Of a stretch of DNA of 27,545 nucleotides, positions 1-7,183 are shown piece after piece (position 1 is the first letter of the stretch; the number at the start of each line of letters is the position of its first letter). Source of the DNA: a virus (taxonomy: Duplodnaviria > Heunggongvirae > Uroviricota > Caudoviricetes); IMG/VR virus record IMGVR_UViG_3300045996_000667, positions 1 to 27,545 of that record; one strand, given 5' to 3'. The notes beneath the pieces were generated by a model. That model was not told where the DNA came from and made no database searches. It was given only the letters and a program-made list of their open reading frames with translations. Made by a program: the position numbers and the translations under genes.

Positions 1-1
1 C

Positions 2-196
2 AATTCGAATAGAACCTACCTCGAATGCCCATGCTGTGGGTGCGAGGGAGCTGAGTCAGACGCTGACGGCCTGTTCAACGACGGCCAGGAACTCATCTGC
101 GGATGCCCTGGCTGGGTGACAGCCGACGGAGATGGCGATGAAAGCTGGGCGTGGATCAATAACGGCGACGAGCCGTGCCAGCAATGTGAATTCTGA
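2..196 (+). CDS. 5'-truncated Cys-rich hypothetical protein
   Basis: Frame 2 is open from the window edge (..LECPCCGC..CGC..PCQQCEF). Its TGA (194-196) lies inside the TCT-GAG codons of the unit 1 motif. Confidence 0.7.
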   Translation, partial: NSNRTYLECPCCGCEGAESDADGLFNDGQELICGCPGWVTADGDGDESWAWINNGDEPCQQCEF

Positions 197-383
197 GGAG
201 TTCTTCGCAGCTCTATCTAGGCGCGCTATTCTGTGGTGTCCGACTTGTGATCAACTGACAGCAGTACGTCACATTGGTGCAGACTTAATAGACACCGACA
301 AAAACTGGCAAGTAGGGCAGTGCGAAGAATGCGGCGAGAGAGCCAGTTGGTCCGAATGGCAGTTCGAAGAATTGGCCATATGA
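186..383 (+). CDS. EFFxAL-tagged Zn-ribbon microprotein, unit 1
   Basis: GTG start; NSEEFFAAL, then CPTC..CEEC. Confidence 0.8.
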   Translation: MNSEEFFAALSRRAILWCPTCDQLTAVRHIGADLIDTDKNWQVGQCEECGERASWSEWQFEELAI

Positions 384-628
384 GCAACGACGAGTTCTGG
401 AACGAGCTTCTCGGTCTAAAAATCTTCTGTGTCGCTTGTGCTCTTAGGACAACACATTTACCAAGCCCTCTACCTACGCTGTCTCCGTATAAGGACTACA
501 ACCGCTACGACTGCTCACGCTGCAACTGTCGGTGGGTTTTAGTTAAGGGCGAAGAGGTCCTGCACCAGGAAAGTGGATGGAAACACGACCTCGACTTCGG
601 AGCAGCCTTGGAGTTGCCTCAAGAATGA
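380..628 (+). CDS. EFFxAL-tagged Zn-ribbon microprotein, unit 2
   Basis: ATGA overlap; MSNDEFWNEL, CVAC..CSRC. Confidence 0.8.
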   Translation: MSNDEFWNELLGLKIFCVACALRTTHLPSPLPTLSPYKDYNRYDCSRCNCRWVLVKGEEVLHQESGWKHDLDFGAALELPQE

Positions 629-918
629 ACTGGGACTACCACAAGCAGCGACTACTGGACGGCAAGACCACGTCATTTCGGCCTAAGGGCAACAGCATGG
701 CTCCTCGCATCCTGTCCGGCCAGCTCGTCGTCCTCGAGCCGGCGCACGAGACGTACATTGAGGTTGGAGACGTAGTCTTCTGCAAGGTCGGTGGCAACTT
801 CTATGTCCACCTTGTCAAGGCTATCCAGGATGGCAGGTTCCTCATAGCAAACAACAGAGGCCACATCAACGGCTGGACCAAGGCCGTCTATGGCAAGCTG
901 AAACTCCTGATGCCATGA
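625..918 (+). CDS. Peptidase S24/S26-like (LexA/signal peptidase fold) small protein
   Basis: GNSMAPRILSGQLVVL matches the G-x-S-M-x-P-x-I-x-x-G catalytic-Ser motif; YVHLVK is the candidate general-base region; ATGA overlaps at both ends. Confidence 0.7.
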   Translation: MNWDYHKQRLLDGKTTSFRPKGNSMAPRILSGQLVVLEPAHETYIEVGDVVFCKVGGNFYVHLVKAIQDGRFLIANNRGHINGWTKAVYGKLKLLMP

Positions 919-1319
919 AAGTGCTCTGTTGTGGTAGCAGGCACTGGGACCTTCGAACACCTGTTGAGGCGGCCCTGTCAGACCTGAAGGACTATGACGG
1001 CGGCGATGACCGTGATCTGTTCTTCAAGTCGCTGGACGTAACTCACATCGAGATAGTCCATGGCAACGCTCTCGGCGCCGATTCGCTCTGCGACTACTAC
1101 GCTCGAAAGCTAGGTTACGTTGTCCATCGACACCGTGCAGACTGGAAAAAGCACGGCAAGGCTGCCGGTCCTATCAGGAACCAGGAAATGCTTGATAAGC
1201 ATCCTGACATCTGCCTGGTGCTGGCATTCTCTTGGAATCTGTCAGAAAGCAAAGGCACGGCTGACATGGTTCGCAGGGCCACGAAGAAAGGCATCCCTGT
1301 CAAGGTTATCAGTGGCTGA
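915..1319 (+). CDS. SLOG-superfamily (DUF2493/YspA-like) protein
   Basis: VLCCGSR, IVHGNALGAD, ADWKKHGKAAGPIRNQEM, GTADMV..A.KKGIPV motifs. Confidence 0.85.
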   Translation: MKVLCCGSRHWDLRTPVEAALSDLKDYDGGDDRDLFFKSLDVTHIEIVHGNALGADSLCDYYARKLGYVVHRHRADWKKHGKAAGPIRNQEMLDKHPDICLVLAFSWNLSESKGTADMVRRATKKGIPVKVISG

Positions 1320-1524
1320 CAGCGACGAGTTCTTCTTCAGTCTAATAGATCCTGTCGTCAATGTCTCACACGTTGAAGCATACTGCCCACGCTGCAAGGC
1401 TATGGCAGATCATGACAAAAAGACCTACGGAAATCCTCTAAGGTGTGCATACCTTTGCCGCCGCTGTGGGCTTCTAGAAGACTTGCCAAACTCGAAATTC
1501 CTAACATATGGACAGTTCTACTAG
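1312..1524 (+). CDS. EFFxAL-tagged Zn-ribbon microprotein, unit 3
   Basis: GTG start; ADSDEFFFSL, CPRC..CRRC. Confidence 0.8.
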   Translation: MADSDEFFFSLIDPVVNVSHVEAYCPRCKAMADHDKKTYGNPLRCAYLCRRCGLLEDLPNSKFLTYGQFY

Positions 1525-1735
1525 TTCCGAGGAATTCTTCGGCGCATTGGCGATTAGGCTGAACGTCAGTTGCCCAAGATGTGACGATCCGCCTCTTAGT
1601 AGCACTGTCGTCGTTATCGACCGCTACAACGCGCTAGACCCAGATGGCAAGCAGGTTTACCCAAAGGTGCAGTGCGAGAAATGCCGCTTCGTAGGTGTAG
1701 TTCCAGAGTCTTGGCTGGAGGAACGGCGTGTCTGA
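1508..1735 (+). CDS. EFFxAL-tagged Zn-ribbon microprotein, unit 4
   Basis: SSEEFFGAL, CPRC..CEKC. Confidence 0.8.
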   Translation: MDSSTSSEEFFGALAIRLNVSCPRCDDPPLSSTVVVIDRYNALDPDGKQVYPKVQCEKCRFVGVVPESWLEERRV

Positions 1736-1925
1736 TAACGAGGAATTCTGGGGCGCGCTAGTTGGTATAGATCTGAACTGCTTAAAGTGCGACAGCGTCA
1801 CGAAGCACATTGAAGCAGAAAATATCCAAGACTGGCATACGTTCCGGCCATACCGTTGCACAGTGTGCAAAAAGGGTGAGCGGCTTTACCCGCTCGACCC
1901 CGAAAATCAGAAATGGTGGCGCTAG
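1728..1925 (+). CDS. EFFxAL-tagged Zn-ribbon microprotein, unit 5
   Basis: GGAGG RBS, GTG start; DNEEFWGAL, CLKC..CTVC; its stop overlaps the integrase stop (CTAG). Confidence 0.8.
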   Translation: MSDNEEFWGALVGIDLNCLKCDSVTKHIEAENIQDWHTFRPYRCTVCKKGERLYPLDPENQKWWR

Positions 1926-3037
1926 GCCATAGCCTTCTGGAACGTGTCGAGCCTCTTGGCCGCATCTTCTAGCATGGCCTGGTCGACGATCGTATAGCGC
2001 CGATAGACGTCCTCAGTCTTATGGCCAACCATCTGCATGGCCGCCTTCCTGCTCACTCCTGCCAGCTCGAGATTCCTGACAGCCGTCCTCCTGAAGTCGT
2101 GCAGGAACCTTTCAAGTCCTGCCGCCGCGCAGGCATCATTCCAAGCCTTGTAGAACGACCTGATAGGCTCGCCAGACGACCTGACGAATACGTATGGCAC
2201 CTTCTTCTTGGTCTTCTCCTCGATCTTGTCGACGTACTCGCGCTGCGCTGTCAGGACCCTGCGAAGTTCATCAGTGAACATGAACGTCCTGCCAACCTTC
2301 TTGTCCTTGCCCTGCCCGACGTACAGCAGCAACTGGCCGTTGTCGAAATCGACGTCAGACCACTTTCTGGTGAGCAATTCGGACTTGACGCGCCAACCTG
2401 TGATGTAGGCCACGTCCAGAACAGGGTGATAGCGCTTGCCGAGGTGTTTTTTGATGGCAAGAACCTCGTCCCGGCTGAAGAATCCGTGCCTGACGTTGTT
2501 TTCTGGCAGCTTGTCCATGAGCGGCACGGTCGTGATCTTGCCGGCTTTGAACGCCAGCCTCATTCCGCGCTTCAGTGCGGCGCATTCTCGGTTAATCGTG
2601 GCCGAGGCTGCCCCAGCTTCCTTCCTGGCCACCTGATAGCGCACGACAGCGGCCGTCGTTATCTGGGAGGCCCGCCAGCCGCCGAAGAACGCTGCCAGCT
2701 TGGGCATGGCGGTGTGCGTGAGTCTGTAGAGGCTCTGCCTGCGGTCCTTGAGGGTGTAGTCCTGCTTGACGAGGCTCAGGCAATCCTCGAAGGTCGTGCT
2801 GCGCTTGTCCGTGATCGGCACGCCGTCCTTGCGGGACTGATTCCGGTCGATCAGCAGCTGCATCGCCTTGCCGTAGTCGTCCGTGTCGGTCGTCTCGGTC
2901 TTGTACTCGCCGCTGACGTAGTACCCGAGGCTGTAATTGGGCGATTCTCGCATTTCGCCCGTCTTCCGGTCGCGCCATTTCGCCTTGAACACTCGTCCGA
3001 GGCCCCACGCCGACGCTTTTTTGGCTTTTCTTGGCAT
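1922..3037 (-). CDS. int: Tyrosine recombinase / phage integrase
   Basis: Catalytic set: R (TGWR..ELL), HDFRR, GHKT, YRRY; N-terminal arm-binding-like region; AGGAG RBS. Confidence 0.93.
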   Translation of the reverse strand: MPRKAKKASAWGLGRVFKAKWRDRKTGEMRESPNYSLGYYVSGEYKTETTDTDDYGKAMQLLIDRNQSRKDGVPITDKRSTTFEDCLSLVKQDYTLKDRRQSLYRLTHTAMPKLAAFFGGWRASQITTAAVVRYQVARKEAGAASATINRECAALKRGMRLAFKAGKITTVPLMDKLPENNVRHGFFSRDEVLAIKKHLGKRYHPVLDVAYITGWRVKSELLTRKWSDVDFDNGQLLLYVGQGKDKKVGRTFMFTDELRRVLTAQREYVDKIEEKTKKKVPYVFVRSSGEPIRSFYKAWNDACAAAGLERFLHDFRRTAVRNLELAGVSRKAAMQMVGHKTEDVYRRYTIVDQAMLEDAAKRLDTFQKAMA

Positions 3038-3068
3038 CCTGGCTCCTACGCGTTCGGGAATTTCACGC

Positions 3069-3272
3069 TCGCTGCGTTGCTACGCGCATTGCACGTGTTA
3101 TTTTACCCCAAAACACACACAAAATGTGTGTGTGCGCTTCGGATTCCTAGAATTTCTTTAAAGGAACACAAAACACACAAGAATTTTGTGTTGTTTACGG
3201 GATTTTGAGTCCTGTTGAGAAGTGAGAATATGCCCTAAAATCGCCAAAATCAAGCAAATTCGCTGCGTTGCT
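3069..3272. other. attP-like region
   Basis: 13-bp direct repeats TCGCTGCGTTGCT (3069-3081, 3260-3272) flank an AT-rich segment with inverted repeats (3113-3133, 3165-3192). The minus strand reads GGACTCAAAATCCC at 3199-3212, resembling a tRNA-Leu(CAA) anticodon stem-loop. Confidence 0.65.
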
Positions 3273-3346
3273 CGCTGTGTTTACCAGCTTTCGCGCTACG
3301 ATCGCCCCAGAATGCAGCGAGCAGCCGAAACAGGCCCGAACTGAGG

Positions 3347-3352
3347 TATAAT
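3347..3352 (+). promoter_or_regulatory. Putative -10 element for the tRNA
   Basis: Perfect TATAAT ending 9 nt before the tRNA 5' end; no clear -35. Confidence 0.5.
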
Positions 3353-3360
3353 TGTGCTTT

Positions 3361-3447
3361 GGCGGTGTGGCGGAACTGGCAGACGCAGGAGACTCAAAAC
3401 CTCCCGACCTCACGGTCATGTGGGTTCGATTCCCACCACCGCCACCA
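3361..3447 (+). tRNA. tRNA-Leu(CAA), class II, CCA encoded
   Basis: Acceptor GGCGGTG/CACCGCC, D arm GCG/CGC, anticodon loop CTCAAAA, variable arm GACC-TCAC-GGTC, T arm GTGGG-TTCGATT-CCCAC, then A+CCA. A-C mismatch at the loop-closing pair. Confidence 0.93.
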
Positions 3448-3468
3448 CCTAACGCGTTAGGGCAACGA

Positions 3469-3528
3469 ATGAGCAAACAACAGATACCATTGTGCAAGGG
3501 CGGCTGGCAACAGAATGGACAAGTCTGA
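3469..3528 (+). CDS. 19-aa leader/remnant ORF ending in the unit 6 motif
   Basis: MSKQQIPLCKGGWQQNGQV; TGA lies inside TCT-GAC of the next unit. Confidence 0.35.
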   Translation: MSKQQIPLCKGGWQQNGQV

Positions 3529-3751
3529 CGAGTTCTTCGGAGCGCTAGCACCTGGCACGCCGCAATACTGCCACCACTGCGAGCGCGTGACAAAGTGGCT
3601 CAGGCTGACAGCCACGGAGAGATATAATTACGGTTCGTCATACACGGCGTGGTCAAAACTCATATGCAGCGAGCACGAAACGTCGTATGGACACCACGTT
3701 TACGGCTTGCCGGACGTGATCTATGAAGTTGACATGTCTTACGGCAACTGA
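3515..3751 (+). CDS. EFFxAL-tagged Zn-ribbon microprotein, unit 6
   Basis: MDKSDEFFGAL, CHHC..CSEH. Confidence 0.8.
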   Translation: MDKSDEFFGALAPGTPQYCHHCERVTKWLRLTATERYNYGSSYTAWSKLICSEHETSYGHHVYGLPDVIYEVDMSYGN

Positions 3752-3771
3752 CACTGACACACGTAACACAC

Positions 3772-3951
3772 ATGGATAGCGTGCAAGCTGACAAGTCGGC
3801 CGAGTTCTTCGAGGCCTTGAGGGAAACCATCATCAAGCGCTGTTCGGGTTGCAAGGAACAAACAGAGCACTCCTATAGTTATGGAAAACATTACGTCTGG
3901 TACGAATGCGAACGCTGTCATGCCCTCACAACAGAACACAGACCAGGCTGA
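3772..3951 (+). CDS. EFFxAL-tagged Zn-ribbon microprotein, unit 7 (59 aa, not in ORF track)
   Basis: Hand translation: MDSVQADKSAEFFEAL..CSGC..CERC. Confidence 0.8.
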   Translation: MDSVQADKSAEFFEALRETIIKRCSGCKEQTEHSYSYGKHYVWYECERCHALTTEHRPG

Positions 3952-4129
3952 GGAGTTCTTCGCAGCGCTGGCCGAAATTGTCAGACAACATTGCCTGGAC
4001 TGCGAAGCAACGGTAGACCATTACACCTATCAGCTAGCTGACAGAACAAGGCATGTGTGCAGATTCTGCGGACTGATGGTGGAGCGATTCAAGAATGGCG
4101 ACGTCACCTTCACCAGAAACAGCGGCTGA
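3920..4129 (+). CDS. EFFxAL-tagged Zn-ribbon microprotein, unit 8
   Basis: QAEEFFAAL, CLDC..CRFC. Confidence 0.78.
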   Translation: MPSQQNTDQAEEFFAALAEIVRQHCLDCEATVDHYTYQLADRTRHVCRFCGLMVERFKNGDVTFTRNSG

Positions 4130-4331
4130 CAGGTCGGCCGAGTTCTTTCAGGCGCTGGAGCCGTTATACCGTCTCTACTGCTATTTTGGCTGCTGCATGG
4201 ACACACCTCACAGGATTACAGGCCCTTTCACCGACCCGATCTTCCACCAAGACATTGTCTATGTTGGTTGCACACTGTGCAACGGTACTGACTATTGGCC
4301 CCGCAAGACGCTTGAGCGCCATGCCATCTGA
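4095..4331 (+). CDS. EFFxAL-tagged Zn-ribbon microprotein, unit 9
   Basis: DRSAEFFQAL, CYFGC..CTLC. Confidence 0.78.
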   Translation: MATSPSPETAADRSAEFFQALEPLYRLYCYFGCCMDTPHRITGPFTDPIFHQDIVYVGCTLCNGTDYWPRKTLERHAI

Positions 4332-4518
4332 TAGGTCTGAGGAGTTCTTTCAGGCTCTTGAGTCGCGCTGGATGCTCTACTGCTTTGGGGTCTGCCGTAA
4401 ACAGCGGCAGCACGTATCTAAAGACGTGGTCCAAGGTACCCACACGATGAAATGCCTCACATGCGGCTACCTAGAAGAATGGCATGAGGATGTCCTCTGT
4501 GCAGACTACCAAATCTGA
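4321..4518 (+). CDS. EFFxAL-tagged Zn-ribbon microprotein, unit 10
   Basis: MPSDRSEEFFQAL, CFGVC..CLTC. Confidence 0.8.
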   Translation: MPSDRSEEFFQALESRWMLYCFGVCRKQRQHVSKDVVQGTHTMKCLTCGYLEEWHEDVLCADYQI

Positions 4519-4708
4519 GGAGTTCTTCCAGGCGCTGTCAAAGATGGCAACCTTGTACTGCGATGGGTGCAATTGCGCAACGGCATGGCGTTACCTCGGC
4601 CCAGAACCTGTCTACAAGCATGTAGGCTGGATAGAAGCCGAATGCACACGGTGCAACGCTGTAGCTCCTTGGCTTGACGTCACCTTTGACCGCAATGGCA
4701 TATCCTGA
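4499..4708 (+). CDS. EFFxAL-tagged Zn-ribbon microprotein, unit 11
   Basis: GTG start after GAGGA (alternative ATG at 4484 or 4490); TKSEEFFQAL, CDGC..CTRC. Confidence 0.78.
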   Translation: MQTTKSEEFFQALSKMATLYCDGCNCATAWRYLGPEPVYKHVGWIEAECTRCNAVAPWLDVTFDRNGIS

Positions 4709-4913
4709 CGACTTCTTCGAGGCGCTGAACATCCTGAACGGCCTGACAGAACGCTGTCAGGAATGCGGGCGCGCTATCAGCGAGGACGAATTCAGAGTGA
4801 ACTGGCAAAGCTGCGAGCTCTGCTTGGACGCCGCCATCGAAGAGTACTACCTAGCAGAAGCTGCCAAGGCTGAGAGGGAATATGAGCAACTCAAAGAGTT
4901 TGGGCAGATCTAA
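4695..4913 (+). CDS. EFFxAL-tagged Zn-ribbon microprotein, unit 12
   Basis: MAYPDDFFEAL, CQEC..CELC, acidic helical tail. Confidence 0.8.
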   Translation: MAYPDDFFEALNILNGLTERCQECGRAISEDEFRVNWQSCELCLDAAIEEYYLAEAAKAEREYEQLKEFGQI

Positions 4914-5109
4914 AGAGTTCTTTCAGGCGCTAAGACCGATGGCCCTGCTGTCGTCATCTTTCCACCCATGCGGAGATTCCGTATATGGGCGCTCAAAGAT
5001 GATTATCACAGACGAGAGAGACGACCGGTACACATACTGCGTTTGCCCACAGTGCGGCTACAAGGACGGATGGTACCATGACACTGTCGAGAAGAACCTG
5101 TGCCAGTAG
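4882..5109 (+). CDS. EFFxAL-tagged Zn-ribbon microprotein, unit 13
   Basis: RSKEFFQAL, HPC..CPQC. Confidence 0.75.
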   Translation: MSNSKSLGRSKEFFQALRPMALLSSSFHPCGDSVYGRSKMIITDERDDRYTYCVCPQCGYKDGWYHDTVEKNLCQ

Positions 5110-5294
5110 ACAAGGCTGAAGAGTTCTTCCAGGCGCTATCAACGTTGGCGAGACTAAACTGCCCTTACTGCGGGCCGCAACGCACCGTAGCTAAGCTGGA
5201 ACCACACGATGCAGCCACGACAGTAGGACAATGCATGTCTTGTCGAAAAACATCTATCTGGTTTAACTATTCTTGGGATCGCTTTGCCCTCTAA
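5100..5294 (+). CDS. EFFxAL-tagged Zn-ribbon microprotein, unit 14
   Basis: GTG start; DKAEEFFQAL, CPYC..CMSC. Confidence 0.8.
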   Translation: MPVDKAEEFFQALSTLARLNCPYCGPQRTVAKLEPHDAATTVGQCMSCRKTSIWFNYSWDRFAL

Positions 5295-5523
5295 AGCCGA
5301 AGAGTTCTTCCAGGCGCTGGACATGATCTGGGCCGACTGCGATCGGTGCAACCCTAAGACAAGGCGAGAAGGAAGCCACACCTGGTTGAGCGTAATAGGT
5401 TGGTACGCAAATGCGATGTGGGCTAAGACTGAGTGCCAGACATGCGGCAACATCGTATGGCACAGCGCCGGCTACATCGAAGCTCGCAAAAATGAACAAC
5501 CTCGAGGTCGGGTAAGGGCATGA
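5284..5523 (+). CDS. EFFxAL-tagged Zn-ribbon microprotein, unit 15
   Basis: TTG start; SKAEEFFQAL, CDRC..CQTC. Confidence 0.8.
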   Translation: MPSKAEEFFQALDMIWADCDRCNPKTRREGSHTWLSVIGWYANAMWAKTECQTCGNIVWHSAGYIEARKNEQPRGRVRA

Positions 5524-5654
5524 TCAATCTCCTAATATTCCTGCTCAGGTTCTACGACGTTCTACTCGTTGGACTGGCAGGCTCGTTCATTCTGGCCGTC
5601 ATCTGGTCGGCAGCCTCATGGCTGGCAGGACTGATAACTTATGTCCAAGACTGA
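5520..5654 (+). CDS. Small membrane protein (44 aa, not in ORF track)
   Basis: MINLLIFLLRFYDVLLVGLAGSFILAVIWSAASWLAGLITYVQD; ATGA overlap; stop lies inside the unit 16 motif. Confidence 0.7.
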   Translation: MINLLIFLLRFYDVLLVGLAGSFILAVIWSAASWLAGLITYVQD

Positions 5655-5880
5655 AGAGTTCTTCGAGGCGCTGTCAATGCGGTTCAGTGGTGCTCACGGC
5701 CAGTGCGCGCCAACACTAGCAGAATCTGGCGGCGTTATCTGGACTGTCGACATGGCCAGCTATCAGGCTGTCAAGCATGAATTACTTGACAACGTACTAG
5801 TCAAGTGCTCTCGCTGCAAGCGATGGTGCCGCACAACAAAATCTTACGTCGATGATAGACTCAGCACACATGCAGTCTGA
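5641..5880 (+). CDS. EFFxAL-tagged Zn-binding microprotein, unit 16
   Basis: MSKTEEFFEAL, HGQC..CSRC. Confidence 0.8.
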   Translation: MSKTEEFFEALSMRFSGAHGQCAPTLAESGGVIWTVDMASYQAVKHELLDNVLVKCSRCKRWCRTTKSYVDDRLSTHAV

Positions 5881-6157
5881 AGAGTTCTTCGCAGCCCTGA
5901 CAGGCACCATGTGCGGCATCTGTTATGCCCCGATAGTGCCTACCGAGAAGCCGTTGGGTGGCAAAGGCTACTACTTCGTATACGTCTGGGACCACGATTT
6001 CATCCCTCCGAACTGTAAGAAGGACGAGGATTCCTATTGTCAACTCCCGATGTGTCCAGGCTGCTATGGCTCGTGGGGAATGACCTCGGCAGGAAATATA
6101 AGATCTTGGGAACTGTGGGTAGTCTCAAGGAGGAAAGAACTTGGCCTCAAAGGCTGA
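5870..6157 (+). CDS. EFFxAL-tagged Zn-ribbon microprotein, unit 17
   Basis: MQSEEFFAAL, CGIC..CPGC. Confidence 0.8.
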   Translation: MQSEEFFAALTGTMCGICYAPIVPTEKPLGGKGYYFVYVWDHDFIPPNCKKDEDSYCQLPMCPGCYGSWGMTSAGNIRSWELWVVSRRKELGLKG

Positions 6158-6371
6158 AGAATTCTTCGAGGCTTTGCACACTGTGCAATCGACGTCCACT
6201 TGTCCATCCTGCAAGGCCACAGAAATGGCTAGGCCATACAGGCATATCACTGGACAATGCGCCTGGGAGTTATTCTGCCAGTGCGGCGAGAGTTTTCAGT
6301 CATCTCCTCGGGGAACATACTACAAAGACCTAAAAGCCATAGGCCACAGGCTACCAGACGATCATGACTGA
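6141..6371 (+). CDS. EFFxAL-tagged Zn-ribbon microprotein, unit 18
   Basis: AGGAGG RBS, TTG start; SKAEEFFEAL, CPSC..CQC. Confidence 0.8.
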   Translation: MASKAEEFFEALHTVQSTSTCPSCKATEMARPYRHITGQCAWELFCQCGESFQSSPRGTYYKDLKAIGHRLPDDHD

Positions 6372-6564
6372 CAAGTCTCGAGAGTTCTTCAAGGCTATCG
6401 GCGTTGTCGTGCTTGAACTGGAATGCCCATCGTGCGACTCTGAACAACTACATGACTGCGAGCCGCTTCCCGAAGGCGTCTGGGCAGTGATCTGTCAACA
6501 ATGCGGCAATGACTGGAAGAGCTACTACATAGCCCAGAAGAAGTACGATGAAGTATCGCTGTGA
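6364..6564 (+). CDS. EFFxAL-tagged Zn-ribbon microprotein, unit 19
   Basis: MTDKSREFFKAI, CPSC..CQQC. Confidence 0.8.
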   Translation: MTDKSREFFKAIGVVVLELECPSCDSEQLHDCEPLPEGVWAVICQQCGNDWKSYYIAQKKYDEVSL

Positions 6565-6706
6565 GAACGGACAGCTCGTGCCAGATCCTGACGGCGATTG
6601 GATAAGGACTGAGATTACTATCGCCACTGGCACAGCTATCAGGCCGCCAGGACTCGACGGACAGAGGATTGTCGTATGGACGCTAAAGAGTTCTGGGACT
6701 CACTGA
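6548..6706 (+). CDS. Untagged hypothetical microprotein (52 aa, not in ORF track)
   Basis: MKYRCENGQLVPDPDGDW..; fills the gap between units 19 and 20. Confidence 0.55.
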   Translation: MKYRCENGQLVPDPDGDWIRTEITIATGTAIRPPGLDGQRIVVWTLKSSGTH

Positions 6707-6903
6707 TACCGCCCACCATCGAGCTGGCGATGTGTGGATGTAGCAGTCCCAGCAAGCCTGCCGAGTGTGTGCCAGTCAGGCAAGAGATGGTATGGTTCTG
6801 GAGGGCGACGTGCAAGAGCTGCGGCTGGGAGTACGACTGCCAGCCCGGTGGCGGCTACGCACAAAGGCTGGCTAGAGATGGATACATCCTCCCTAACGAC
6901 TGA
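6676..6903 (+). CDS. EFFxAL-tagged Zn-ribbon microprotein, unit 20
   Basis: MDAKEFWDSL, CGC..CKSC. Confidence 0.75.
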   Translation: MDAKEFWDSLIPPTIELAMCGCSSPSKPAECVPVRQEMVWFWRATCKSCGWEYDCQPGGGYAQRLARDGYILPND

Positions 6904-7183
6904 AGAATTCTTCGAAGCTGTAGGTGTTGTCAGGTGCATAGCCTGCAGTCAGTTCACCAATAACGGCAAAAGCATGTGCTACGGCTGCTTTATTCCCTTT
7001 ATGCCCTACGAGCGGCTGTTAGAGCTGAAAGAGCGACGAGATGCCTCTTTCTATGCGGCCCCTGACCTCCGATACCGATACTTTCCAGTGCCGTCGACAG
7101 ACCCAACGCCGGCGCGCCCAGAAGCTGACGGACTCGAGAACGCGAGCACGGAACACCCCACCGCATCAGGCGGCCATGATTGA
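6878..7183 (+). CDS. EFFxAL-tagged Zn-ribbon microprotein, unit 21 (3' part antisense to the methyltransferase)
   Basis: LTTEEFFEAV, CIAC..CYGC; the tail is probably read-through into the inserted gene. Confidence 0.65.
   Translation: MDTSSLTTEEFFEAVGVVRCIACSQFTNNGKSMCYGCFIPFMPYERLLELKERRDASFYAAPDLRYRYFPVPSTDPTPARPEADGLENASTEHPTASGGHD

Noticed and set aside
1914-1921. TGGTGGCG is the reverse complement of the tRNA 3' end (3440-3447), suggesting an invertible segment
   Set aside because: Only 8 bp and inside coding sequence (KWWR); plausible by chance.
2021-3208. 395-aa + strand ORF
   Set aside because: Antisense shadow of the GC-rich integrase; no recognisable motifs.
3195-3593. 132-aa minus-strand ORF
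   Set aside because: Overlaps the tRNA and att region; no RBS or protein-like features.
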